A stretch of 63,608 bases of DNA, the filler included, from Lenisia limosa (Eukaryota; Protista; Breviatea): the NCBI GenBank assembly GCA_001655205.1. It is 16 parts of 16 records of this genome, joined end to end, with 100 filler letters (N's around TTAATTAATTAA, not from the genome) between each part and the next. Parts side by side here need not be neighbours in the genome. Positions count along the whole stretch, not along the records: positions 34,435 to 41,706 come from LPNZ01007375.1; positions 41,807 to 44,528 come from LPNZ01003767.1; positions 44,629 to 46,272 come from LPNZ01007979.1; positions 46,373 to 49,193 come from LPNZ01002820.1; positions 49,294 to 54,335 come from LPNZ01006105.1; 11 more parts are not named here. The stretch is one strand, 5' to 3'. How positions within the stretch are numbered: position 1 is the first letter of the stretch; each line of letters opens with the position of its first letter. The position numbers were made by a program, and so were the translations under genes. Shown here piece after piece: positions 40,201 through 54,435 of this stretch. The notes under the pieces were generated by a model that worked only from the letters and a program-made list of their open reading frames with translations, was not told the origin of the DNA and ran no database searches.

Positions 40201-41183
40201 GGGGGGAGAGCGGCAAGAGCGGGGTGGCTCGGAGTGGTGACAATTAGGCCGAGGGGGATAAGGCCGAACCAGGCTGAGCGCTGGATTACTTCGGATTGTG
40301 TTGGGATTCGGGAGAACGCGTAGACACTGGTCCAAAGAAGCAGCAATATGATTGACATGCCTGACGAGGATGGGGTTAGAAATATCAAAGTAAGCCTGAA
40401 AGTTTTGGACAAAAGATATATACGGGTTATAAGCCCCTCAGACCAATGCACAGTCCTGCTCTAGTCCCAGTAACGAAAGCAGTACTTAGCAGCAACGACA
40501 GGTACATAGTCGCAATAAGGCCGACTGAGGAGAGGGGAGTGGGGACTTGGAAGGCTGCTGAGGCGCTGGCGCTCTTTTGGGCATACGTCACGTGAGATTG
40601 GATTGCGCGACCTTTTGGCGTGAGGTAGCGGGTTTACTTTGGCGCAAATAAAAATAAGTATCGATGGTATCAAGGACTTTTAACGAAGCAAAATCCCTCC
40701 CCACCCTCTTCTTCATCTCCTGGATGAGGATCTGCAGACTTCTGAAGGGACAGGGCCGCAGTCTGATTTGTCAGATAATGCCCACATAACAATAAAGCAA
40801 TGCCAAAGAATCTGTATGTTAATGTGGTAACAGAATTTACCATCAGGTCGAAACACAAAGAGAGGGGAGGGGGGGAAGCCACAAGAGAAGAGCCAACAAA
40901 GAATCGCCCACCTGAAGGGGGGAGAGCAGCACCTCAGCCGGCACCGGAGACATTGGCCCTCCGGAAGCGGATAGCGGCTCGGATAAGTCCACGTCATCAA
41001 GCGACAAGGCCGTAGTGTCACTCGAAGCTATGGAGGGGAGACTCTGGAGGGACGCTGACAGGTTCCGTCTCGCTTCCATGTCCCACGAGTACGTGACGGA
41101 ACGCGAAGTGAGAGGCGATGTTGAGTTGTCACAGTCGTGTCGGGGGCTGACAGGGGCAGAGAGGGCTCGGCGGTCAACCATGT
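37204..41183 (-). CDS. Membrane protein with a putative class III nucleotidyl-cyclase-like domain (partial)
   Basis: An exon near 39980-40350 encodes several hydrophobic helices. Downstream exons read HKCFVASVYLHGIDG, VSVTCGVASGQACGVCIGSPIAR (resembling the cyclase GxASG..G..G motif) and CDSE..VKG. Gaps hide diagnostic residues. Confidence 0.4.
37931..38021. mobile_element. hAT-type MITE copy
   Basis: TAGAGTTTCATTTCGGTTCGAAAAAG...CCGAACCGAAGTGAAGCCCCA. No TSD recognisable. Confidence 0.7.
38539..38635. mobile_element. hAT-type MITE copy
   Basis: TAGGGGTTCACTTCGGTTCGAAAG...TTTCGAACCGAAGTGAAC, located in an intron. Confidence 0.7.
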
Positions 41184-41462
41184 CTGGGGGGGGGGGNNNN
41201 NNNNNNNNNNNNNNNNNNNNNNNNNNNNNNNNNNNNNNNNNNNNNNNNNNNNNNNNNNNNNNNNNNNNNNNNNNNNNNNNNNNNNNNNNNNNNNNNNNNN
41301 NNNNNNNNNNNNNNNNNNNNNNNNNNNNNNNNNNNNNNNNNNNNNNNNNNNNNNNNNNNNNNNNNNNNNNNNNNNNNNNNNNNNNNNNNNNNNNNNNNNN
41401 NNNNNNNNNNNNNNNNNNNNNNNNNNNNNNNNNNNNNNNNNNNNNNNNNNNNNNNNNNNNNC

Positions 41463-41570
41463 ACATTGCAGAATATTGCTAAGACATTGCAGAATTTTGG
41501 TAAGATATTGCAGAATATTGGTAAGACATTGTGGTAAGACATTGCAGAAGATGGTAAGACATTACGGATG
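41463..41570 (+). repeat. ~21-bp minisatellite
   Basis: ACATTGCAGAATATTGGTAAG units and shorter variants, about 5-6 copies. Confidence 0.8.
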
Positions 41571-41806
41571 ACGAGTAAGACACACCATTCTGTCTAGGGT
41601 GAACAGGGCTACCAGGGTCATGTTGCAGCTTATGGCCATGTTGGAGTTGTCGGGCTGCGGAAGAGATGACCACCTGAAATCGTGAATTCATGATTGGGGG
41701 GGGGGGNNNNNNNNNNNNNNNNNNNNNNNNNNNNNNNNNNNNNNNNNNNNTTAATTAATTAANNNNNNNNNNNNNNNNNNNNNNNNNNNNNNNNNNNNNN
41801 NNNNNN

Positions 41807-41826
41807 TCTCTCCTCTCTTTTCTCTC

Positions 41827-41871
<45 letters not shown>

Positions 41872-41900
41872 ACTCTGTCTTTCTGTCTCTCTCTCTCTTT
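41807..41900 (+). repeat. (CT)n microsatellite
   Basis: Imperfect CT dinucleotide run. Confidence 0.9.
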
Positions 41901-42012
41901 CTTTATCGATATATTTCTAAAAAAATTTAATAGACCATATCTCTATATCATCTAATATGTAGTTAGACCCCCTACCCTCCTTGAAACCCTTGACCACCCG
42001 TAATACCTCTAG

Positions 42013-44528
42013 GCCTCTGTGAGTGTCAGCCAGGCCACTATCTCGACCAAAACGCCTGTGTATCCTGTCCAATTGGCGAGTACAAAGCAGGAACAGGAAG
42101 CTCTAAATGTGACGTTTGCCAAGGACTCCATATGACAACGCACTCCACTGGTGAGGCCTTATCCCCTTGCATATTTTCATATTTTCTGTTTTCATGCATT
42201 TCATTTTTCATGTGTTTACCTTCATATTTTCATATTTTCACCTTTATACCTTTTACCTTTACACCCTTTCACCCCCTTCTTTGTTTTTGTCAGCCCTCCA
42301 AAATTTGGGAAACACACGAGGGCTGACAAAAACAAAGAAGGGGGTGAAAGGGTGTACAGGTAAAAGGTATAAGGGTGAAAATATGTTTCCCAAATTTTGA
42401 GCCAACACCAACACCCCCCCTCCCCAGCGTTGGTTGCTCGTGTTTGTTATTTCTTGTTTTTTTATTTTTGTTTGGAGTTTCAGATTATTCGGTTCATGAT
42501 TGGTATCTTTACGCTAATATTCTTCATCGAAATTTCCTTCTTTTTACTTCCCCCAGGTTCCACGAGCGTCACGCAATGCATGTGTCCAAGCACATTACAA
42601 CTTGGTGCCAACGCCACTGAGTGCGTGTGTGCGCCAGGCTTCGAATTCCTTGCTACTAAGGTGATGTGCTCCCCTTGCGCTCATGGCATGTATATGTGAG
42701 GGGGAGTATTACGAGTAAAGCTTCTACCATCAGGATAATTAGAACCACTTCAGCAACTATTCTCCTTGTAATTGCGTAGGGAAACGGAGGGACGGTCGAC
42801 TTGTCTGGAATGTCCTGAAAAGACCACCACTGTTGCCCTTGCTGCCGACTCTTTTGAGCTCTGTGTTTGTGAGGAGGTGGGGGGGGGGGTGGANNNNNNN
42901 NNNNNNNNNNNNNNNNNNNNNNNNNNNNNNNNNNNNNNNNNNNNNNNNNNNNNNNNNNNNNNNNNNNNNNNNNNNNNNNNNNNNNNNNNNNNNNNNNNNN
43001 NNNNACAACATTTGTTGAGTGACACGATTAACTGAAGATCCATATGCCTTATCCTTTGGTTATACTGTGACCCTAAGTCTGAACACAGTTAACTAAAGAT
43101 AAAGCTACATATCCGTTCCAGGATTGTCGTCATTTCACACATATAAATCTGGGATTCAAGAAAAGACATAAGTACCACACACAATATATAGCAATGGGAA
43201 ATACAAAATTGTATCTGGCCGAAGCCGTCCAAGGTACACATACTATACATACATGCCATGTATATGAATATTCTTACGTTTTTAGGGCTATTATCTCAAT
43301 AACGCTGTGTGTCAACCTTGTCCGACAGTACGTTTGGATTTGGTGAATATCAGCTAGGGCTTCAGGTCGGTTTGAAAAGTCTTTTTTTTTTGAACCGAAG
43401 GGAAGTCCTAATAACAGCATTATTTGGGACTTATCTGTGTTTNNNNNNNNNNNNNNNNNNNNNNNNNNNNNNNNNNNNNNNNNNNNNNNNNNNNNNNNNN
43501 NNNNNNNNNNNNNNNNNNNNNAACTCTTTGCAAGCGTATTTACTTCCAATGTACGCCGGAGTGATGGGATGCGGTGCTGCAGAAGTGACATGTCTGGGCT
43601 TTGTTTGTTTTGTTGTCATCAACCATCATGTGTTGTCAGCCAACAGAGTTGATTCTGGGCTTTTGTTTTGTTTCATAAATTTACGAATTTTAAAAACTTC
43701 CTTCGTTTTACCCCCCAGGGCGCCACTTGTGCCGGTGCTACCGCTGGTCCCGAAGTAGATGACGGGTTCTTCAGTTCCAATGACGTCTTCATTCAGTGCC
43801 CCGTGGCAGCGTCCTGTGTGGCTGGTGCGCGGGGAGAGATATTGTATATTGGGATGGGAGGATATTGTATGGTTTTATTTATTAACTTTTTTAAAATGTC
43901 GACGGGCAATATTTCGACTCGAAAGTCGGCCATATGACCATAGCACTAGTGGAGATGGTTATTTTTTTTTGAACACGAGAAATAATATACATTAGAAATC
44001 TAGGGAAACAAATTAATACATAGGGATACCATAAACAAAAAACACACTTCCGCGACCACGCTCCTCGGCGCCCCCAAACATTTCTGCCTAGAATTATTCT
44101 CCATTTCATCACGTTGGCCTTCATTTTTTTTTTTGTTTTTTAATTTTTCAATTTATTCCCAGTCTTTTTTGGGACCGTAGGGAAGCCCTGGTACAATAGC
44201 TCACCGCTTAGGAGGCACGTGTTCTGAGGGATATGAAGGGCATTTGTGCTCATCGTGTCAAGACGGGTGGTAGGCTTTACTTGTATAAATTAGGGGGTAG
44301 GACCATCTTACAGAGTTGATTTGGGCTTTTTGTTTCTAAATTTTCCAACTTTACTCTGCTTACTACGAAGGTATCGAAGAGGCGGCGAGTGTTTCGAATG
44401 TGACTCTGCCGAAAGCTACCTGCTCCCCCTCGGAGGCCTCATTTTCATCCTAGTCCTGGGCCTGATCTTTGTCCTGTCCTATAGACCAGCTATGACCACT
44501 AAATGGTCCTCGGTCAGACTCCTCATCG
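42013..44528 (+). CDS. Cys-rich GCC2/GCC3 (ephrin-receptor-like repeat) membrane protein (partial)
   Basis: Exons: LCECQPGHYLDQNACVSCPIGEYKAGTGSSKCDVC / GSTSVTQCMCP..CVCAPGFE..CSPCAHGMY / GRSTCLECPEKTTT..DSFELCVC / FIQCPVAASCV|AGGTCSEGYEGHLCSSCQDGW|YRRGGECFEC, followed by the TM helix LLPLGGLIFILVLGLIFVL. Confidence 0.8.
42231..42385. repeat. Long intronic inverted repeat (68-bp arms, 2 mismatches, 19-nt loop)
   Basis: 42231-42298 is the reverse complement of 42318-42385. Confidence 0.9.
43355..43410. mobile_element. Internally deleted hAT-type MITE (56 bp)
   Basis: TAGGGCTTCAGGTCGGTTTGAAAAG..TTTTGAACCGAAGGGAAGTCCTA, flanked by ATATCAGC and ATAACAGC (8-bp TSD, 1 mismatch). Confidence 0.8.
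43558..43718 (+). repeat. Intronic 3'-splice-site-associated repeat family, long copy
   Basis: GGAGTGATGGGATGCGGTGCTGCAGAAG..GTGTTGTCAGCCAACAGAGTTGATTCTGGGC..TTTCATAAATTT..TTTTACCCCCCAG ends at the acceptor of a GCC2/3-gene exon. Confidence 0.8.
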
Positions 44529-44628
44529 NNNNNNNNNNNNNNNNNNNNNNNNNNNNNNNNNNNNNNNNNNNNTTAATTAATTAANNNNNNNNNNNNNNNN
44601 NNNNNNNNNNNNNNNNNNNNNNNNNNNN

Positions 44629-45418
44629 CCCTGCTACCTCCACCGCTGACCAGGACGAACTTTCATCTCTCCTTCAGGTAGGAACGGGTTTTTTGAATGG
44701 GAGATATTTTCGTTTTTATGCCTGGGGGGGGGGTGGTCATGTCAACAGGGCTATTCAGCAAATCTGCACTAATTTGAAGGACTCGGCTGTTTTAGAGTGT
44801 CCTTTGATGAAGTTTATTTTATTGTTTCTGAACGGAAGAAATGTCATTTTAACAACCTTGGAATTTTAGAAAATATAGCCTCTTTCCTCCCTCCCCCCCT
44901 TTCCCCCCTGTATTCAAACGTGCCTGATAATATCGAGTAGTTTAGGAAATCATCAATGGGACTTTTTTAAAAAAATCTTTTTTTTTATCGTATTCACTCA
45001 AGCCTGATACAATTGGCGATCAACTTTTCTATTTTCTCACCGCACAGATTCCCGTTATGGCTGGCACCGTAAATCGAGGCTCGGACGTGGTCGGAGCAGG
45101 CGTCTTCGCCAACGACTACATGGCCTTTGTCGGCCGCGACTCTACCAGGTACCCGGGGTTTTGGGGATGCTTAGGGAAAGGGAGTAAGGTTTCTTTTATT
45201 TCTGTTTTATGTTTTGCCTGTGGTATATGAGATCCCCACCCCCCCCCCTACCCCCGCGCCCCTTTTTTTTTTCTTCAAATAGCTGGATTTTCCCTTCTTT
45301 TCCTCACAGATACAGCTACGAAATCAGGCAAATTGAGTCAGTTTTCAAGCTTGGAGGCAAGCAAGCTGCTGAGGTCGGCCAAGTCAAGCAGTCCCTTATC
45401 CAGTCTTTCGAGCAGTAG
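44629..45418 (+). CDS. EIF6: Eukaryotic translation initiation factor 6, 3' exons
   Basis: Exons 44629-44677, 45048-45148 and 45316-45418 give PATSTADQDELSSLLQ|IPVMAGTVNRGSDVVGAGVFANDYMAFVGRDSTS|YEIRQIESVFKLGG..SLIQSFEQ*, matching the eIF6 ELSSLLQ.P..AGTVNRGS motif. Confidence 0.95.
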
Positions 45419-46123
45419 TTTGGCAACGCTTTTGTGGGGATGTAATGTAGATGGTTCTAGACTTCAAATTGGTGACAACTTGGTTTCTTTGTGTTTTATA
45501 ATCTATTGTTCTATTAAGAGCAGAAAAGCTTAATCAAACCTAGAGATATCTTCTCCTCACTGAAATGTATTAGTACTCTGGTCACGGTACGTTATAAAAA
45601 AAGTGAATCGTCTACATTGCAAAAAAATTAAAGGTGGAAGCTGGTTTGTTAGCTTGTTTTACGCGAGAAAATTCATCGTGTCGTAACAAAATTTCTTTGG
45701 CAATATTGAAATTCGTAATTTCTACGCGATTTTCGGGAATTTCAGGGTAATTTCGAAAATTCCATGACGAAAAACCCCGCCAAGGCAAGGTGCTGGTCAT
45801 GTGTGTATTTCTCAAAAATGTCTCCATTAATCTGCGCTATCGATATTGACGGTCTTTGTCAGACCAACGGGCCAAGTTAAATAATATAGGATATAGACAT
45901 AAATCAAGGGTCTGGCCGAAGCCGTCCACACCATAATGAATGACCCTACTAGATTATATTACACCACGCGGATGCATAAATATCATTGGGACTCGGTCAA
46001 TTATCAAACGAATGAAAACAGTATATCATACGCTGCGTCGAAATTGATAGTTAATGCATGTATAATAGTCCAAAATGTGAAATTACTACGTCGTTGATTG
46101 TGGGAACAAGGGGCGAGGAGGAG

Positions 46124-46233
46124 TTAGAAACTCAGCTTCTGCAGGTCAGCATCAGGGATCTGGGGCGACAGCGTTTTGATGGTGGTTTTGAAGCACTGTA
46201 AGAAGCTTCGAATGATGCCCTCATGGTTCGAGT
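46124..46233 (-). CDS. Terminal exon of an unknown gene
   Basis: A poly-C/AG acceptor is followed by SNHEGIIRSFLQCFKTTIKTLSPQIPDADLQKLSF*. Confidence 0.45.
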
Positions 46234-47337
46234 CTGGGGGGGGGGGAGTAAAATGAAGGAAATATCGATGAANNNNNNNNNNNNNNNNNNNNNNNNNNNN
46301 NNNNNNNNNNNNNNNNTTAATTAATTAANNNNNNNNNNNNNNNNNNNNNNNNNNNNNNNNNNNNNNNNNNNNAGGAGAGTAGAGAGGAAAACAGTATGCA
46401 TGAGAGTAGAGGAAAATAATATGCAGGAGAGTTACATTATGTACACCCACAGAATTTCCATTATTTCCTTCAACCTAGTAGGTATACACAGTGACCGGAG
46501 TAAGTCTTGACAGATTTGCCATCTGATTTCCCAATAAAAATCGGTCAAAACTTATCCCCTCAGAAGCACATAACGAAATCCAGAATAACACCCTTGATCA
46601 AATCAGAAGAGCGTCCATATCCAGCCTATCTATGACAGCTCCAACATTCCACCGTAGGTATGAACATGCATAAAATCATGATTGTATTATAGAGAGGAGT
46701 AACACCGACCTGTCACGACTGGAGCTGTAACGATCTGACATGTTTGGGACAACGACTCCTTGAGGCGGTGCTGACGGTGCTGGTTTGTTTAGTATTGGCT
46801 AAAGCAATATAATAACAGCCTAGGAGTACACGTTTAGCCGTTTAGCCGTTGAGCTGTTGAGCCGTTAAGATTATAGTCCAGAAATGGTAGAATGCATCCC
46901 CAAATGTATAGAGTATACATTTAAAATTTTCAAAAAAAGCAGTGCAAGCTTTTGGCAAGCTTTGGAGTGACAGTACCTCTGTTTTGTGGATTCTTTATTA
47001 ACTACAGCATCAACTACCGCCGGACTAGCCGCAGTAAAAACTGGACACCAATATTTGGCAAAAATGCTTTCGTCCGTAAGCTTTATTTATCTGCCTCATT
47101 ACCTGGATTATTAAGCCACATACTTTATTTTGAAATATCAGCTTTCAGAAGACCCACATTCCTACTTTCTACTTTTGACTAGCACCATGAAGCTTCTCTG
47201 ACTATCTTTCTCTCTAATCAACAGCTGAAATTACTGGCAGAAACCACAAGTGTTAATTATTGCAGGTAAGAGCACTTCTCCCTGCCGTTCTCCCTTCCTT
47301 TGCCAAACGTTTGTGGGATCCTTTTTGGTGACTATTC

Positions 47338-47427
47338 TGTATCAACACTTGTGTGTTGTCAGCCAACAGAGTTGATTTGGTTTTTTTCTGTTTCATAGAT
47401 TTTCCAATTTTACCCCCTTCCCCCCAG
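47338..47427 (+). repeat. Intronic 3'-splice-site-associated repeat copy
   Basis: ATCAACACTTGTGTGTTGTCAGCCAACAGAGTTGATTTGG..TTTCATAGATTTTCCAATTTTACCCCCTTCCCCCCAG ends at an AG acceptor. Confidence 0.8.
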
Positions 47428-48621
47428 CGTTTGCGGTTCAAGCTGCTTTCATCCACCATGCTCCGCACATGAAAAAATTCGATATTCCCGAAATCAAAGT
47501 GGGTGCACGGGGCATTACTATTGGTTTTTCTTGCAGGGTTTCAAAATAACAAAAAAAATCAATGGTTTTGAAACAACAAATGGCTACTATTGTGAAAGAG
47601 AGGTGAATTAATATTATACCTTGTAAGCGTGTTGATGTGGATGGCTTCGGCCAATTTCAACTTCGTTTCATTTCGCATCTTATTCTATGTGTAATAGTTA
47701 TTATTACTGAAGTTATCTATGTCGGTGAATTTCTCATTTCTGTTATTTTCAACAATACTGATATTTATTTAAAGCAATATACGCATAATATTGTAACAAT
47801 GTAGTGCTCATCTGAGTGGACTCCCCAGGTACACGGAATCGGAATTCCAGAAGTTGATGAGCAACACAAGAACCTCTTTAAACTCATGAATAACCTTGAT
47901 GAGGTGAGTGGGTGTTGGGGCAGATTACGGAAAGGCAAGCTGTGTGCGCAGAGTTTTAAGGGAAATGATTGGGTGAATCAATGTATTTGTCTAATTCTGC
48001 GATCAGGAGGTCCATCACAAGGAAGTCTCCCAGAAAGCAGTAGAGGACATTCTCGATGAAATGATTGATGACACCAAATATCACTTCAGAAGGGAGGTTG
48101 GAGAAATAGCTACACATGTGTAGTATTATGGATAATGCTTTTTTGAGATACCACTTTCGTAGGGATGTTGGTGGAGAAATAGCTACTGGGTGGTGAAGAT
48201 ATACAATGAACGGGGGAAGTCTTGCTTGTTTTGCGTTCAAGACTCCTAGTCACTGTAGCTACTGCNNNNNNNNNNNNNNNNNNNNNNNNNNNNNNNNNNN
48301 NNNNNNNNNNNNNNNNNNNNNNNNNNNNNNNNNNNNNNNNNNNNNNNNNNNNNNNNNNNNNNNNNNNNNNNNNNNNNNNNNNNNNNNNTCATTTCCAATT
48401 TTTTTATTTATTTTCATAAATACTATGACCGGGATAAGGCTAGACCCATTTGCTATGTGATTATTTCCCAATGAAAATAGGTGACTTATCCTTCACTGTA
48501 TGTATCATGAAAAATTATTTTTTTGATCCTTGGTGGGCCCTCCTCATTTGTCAAGGAAGACATTATGAGAATGCATGGCAGCCCTAACCCTGAGATTGAA
48601 CAGCATGCCCTCCTTCACAAT
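47428..48621 (+). CDS. Hemerythrin-domain gene (partial, possibly disrupted)
   Basis: Exon 47829-47903 (AG/GT-bounded) reads VHGIGIPEVDEQHKNLFKLMNNLDE, matching the hemerythrin G...(I/V)D.QH..LF.L.N motif, and is in frame with exon 47428-47498. Segment ~48541-48621 reads FVKEDIMRMHGSPNPEIEQHALLHN|GTAAG (degenerate HF..EE..M and H...H motifs). The middle lies across a gap. Confidence 0.6.
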
Positions 48622-49422
48622 GTAAGTTATCACGGTTTTCTTCATAAACATAAGAAATAAGTTTTGTTAATACCTTAAGAAAGACTGATTTTGGCATGAT
48701 TTTAGACCCATAACTTATGAAGTTGGAAATAATGTTGTCATTCATAATGTGAGAAATCACGGTTTTCATAATATCACAAGATGGTCTTTTTAATAATGAA
48801 ACTAATCGTTCAAGATAACGTTATTTAATACTATGTGGTGGTTTTCTTAATAAAGAGAATGAAAGCTTCGCAACAATGGTCTCCTTCACAGCAGTACTAG
48901 TATTATTTTTCTCTATACCAAGATGGTTTTCTCAGCAACATAAGAATATGTTTGTCTTTACTAAGAGATTCATTTATCATATGAAATTACGATCTCTCAA
49001 CTAAACAAAAGTTGCAATTCCCATTGATTTTTGGATTCAATTCCCAAGATAACTCACCAAAATATAATCAAATACATGCATATGATACCTTAGTAAAGCC
49101 ACCAGGGACAAATAAACACACGGATACACCAGATAATAACCATTATTCTTAATACTTCAGGATTTTGTCAAGTTTCTTAAAACTGCAGCCCACNNNNNNN
49201 NNNNNNNNNNNNNNNNNNNNNNNNNNNNNNNNNNNNNTTAATTAATTAANNNNNNNNNNNNNNNNNNNNNNNNNNNNNNNNNNNNNNNNNNNNGATACAC
49301 GGGGCAGAAATACTAAGGCGGACCTTTAGTTAAGGAAACTTCGGCATCCTTAAGGAACAAAAAGAAAAATGAAACACACCGTGCATTGAGATCAGATACC
49401 ATAGAATAGACAAAAAGAGAGT

Positions 49423-54266
<4,844 letters not shown>

Positions 54267-54435
54267 CTAGGATGTTGGTACAAACAGTAGAATAACATGG
54301 ATTATTACATGCTATGGCATATGATCTATTTGCACNNNNNNNNNNNNNNNNNNNNNNNNNNNNNNNNNNNNNNNNNNNNTTAATTAATTAANNNNNNNNN
54401 NNNNNNNNNNNNNNNNNNNNNNNNNNNNNNNNNNN

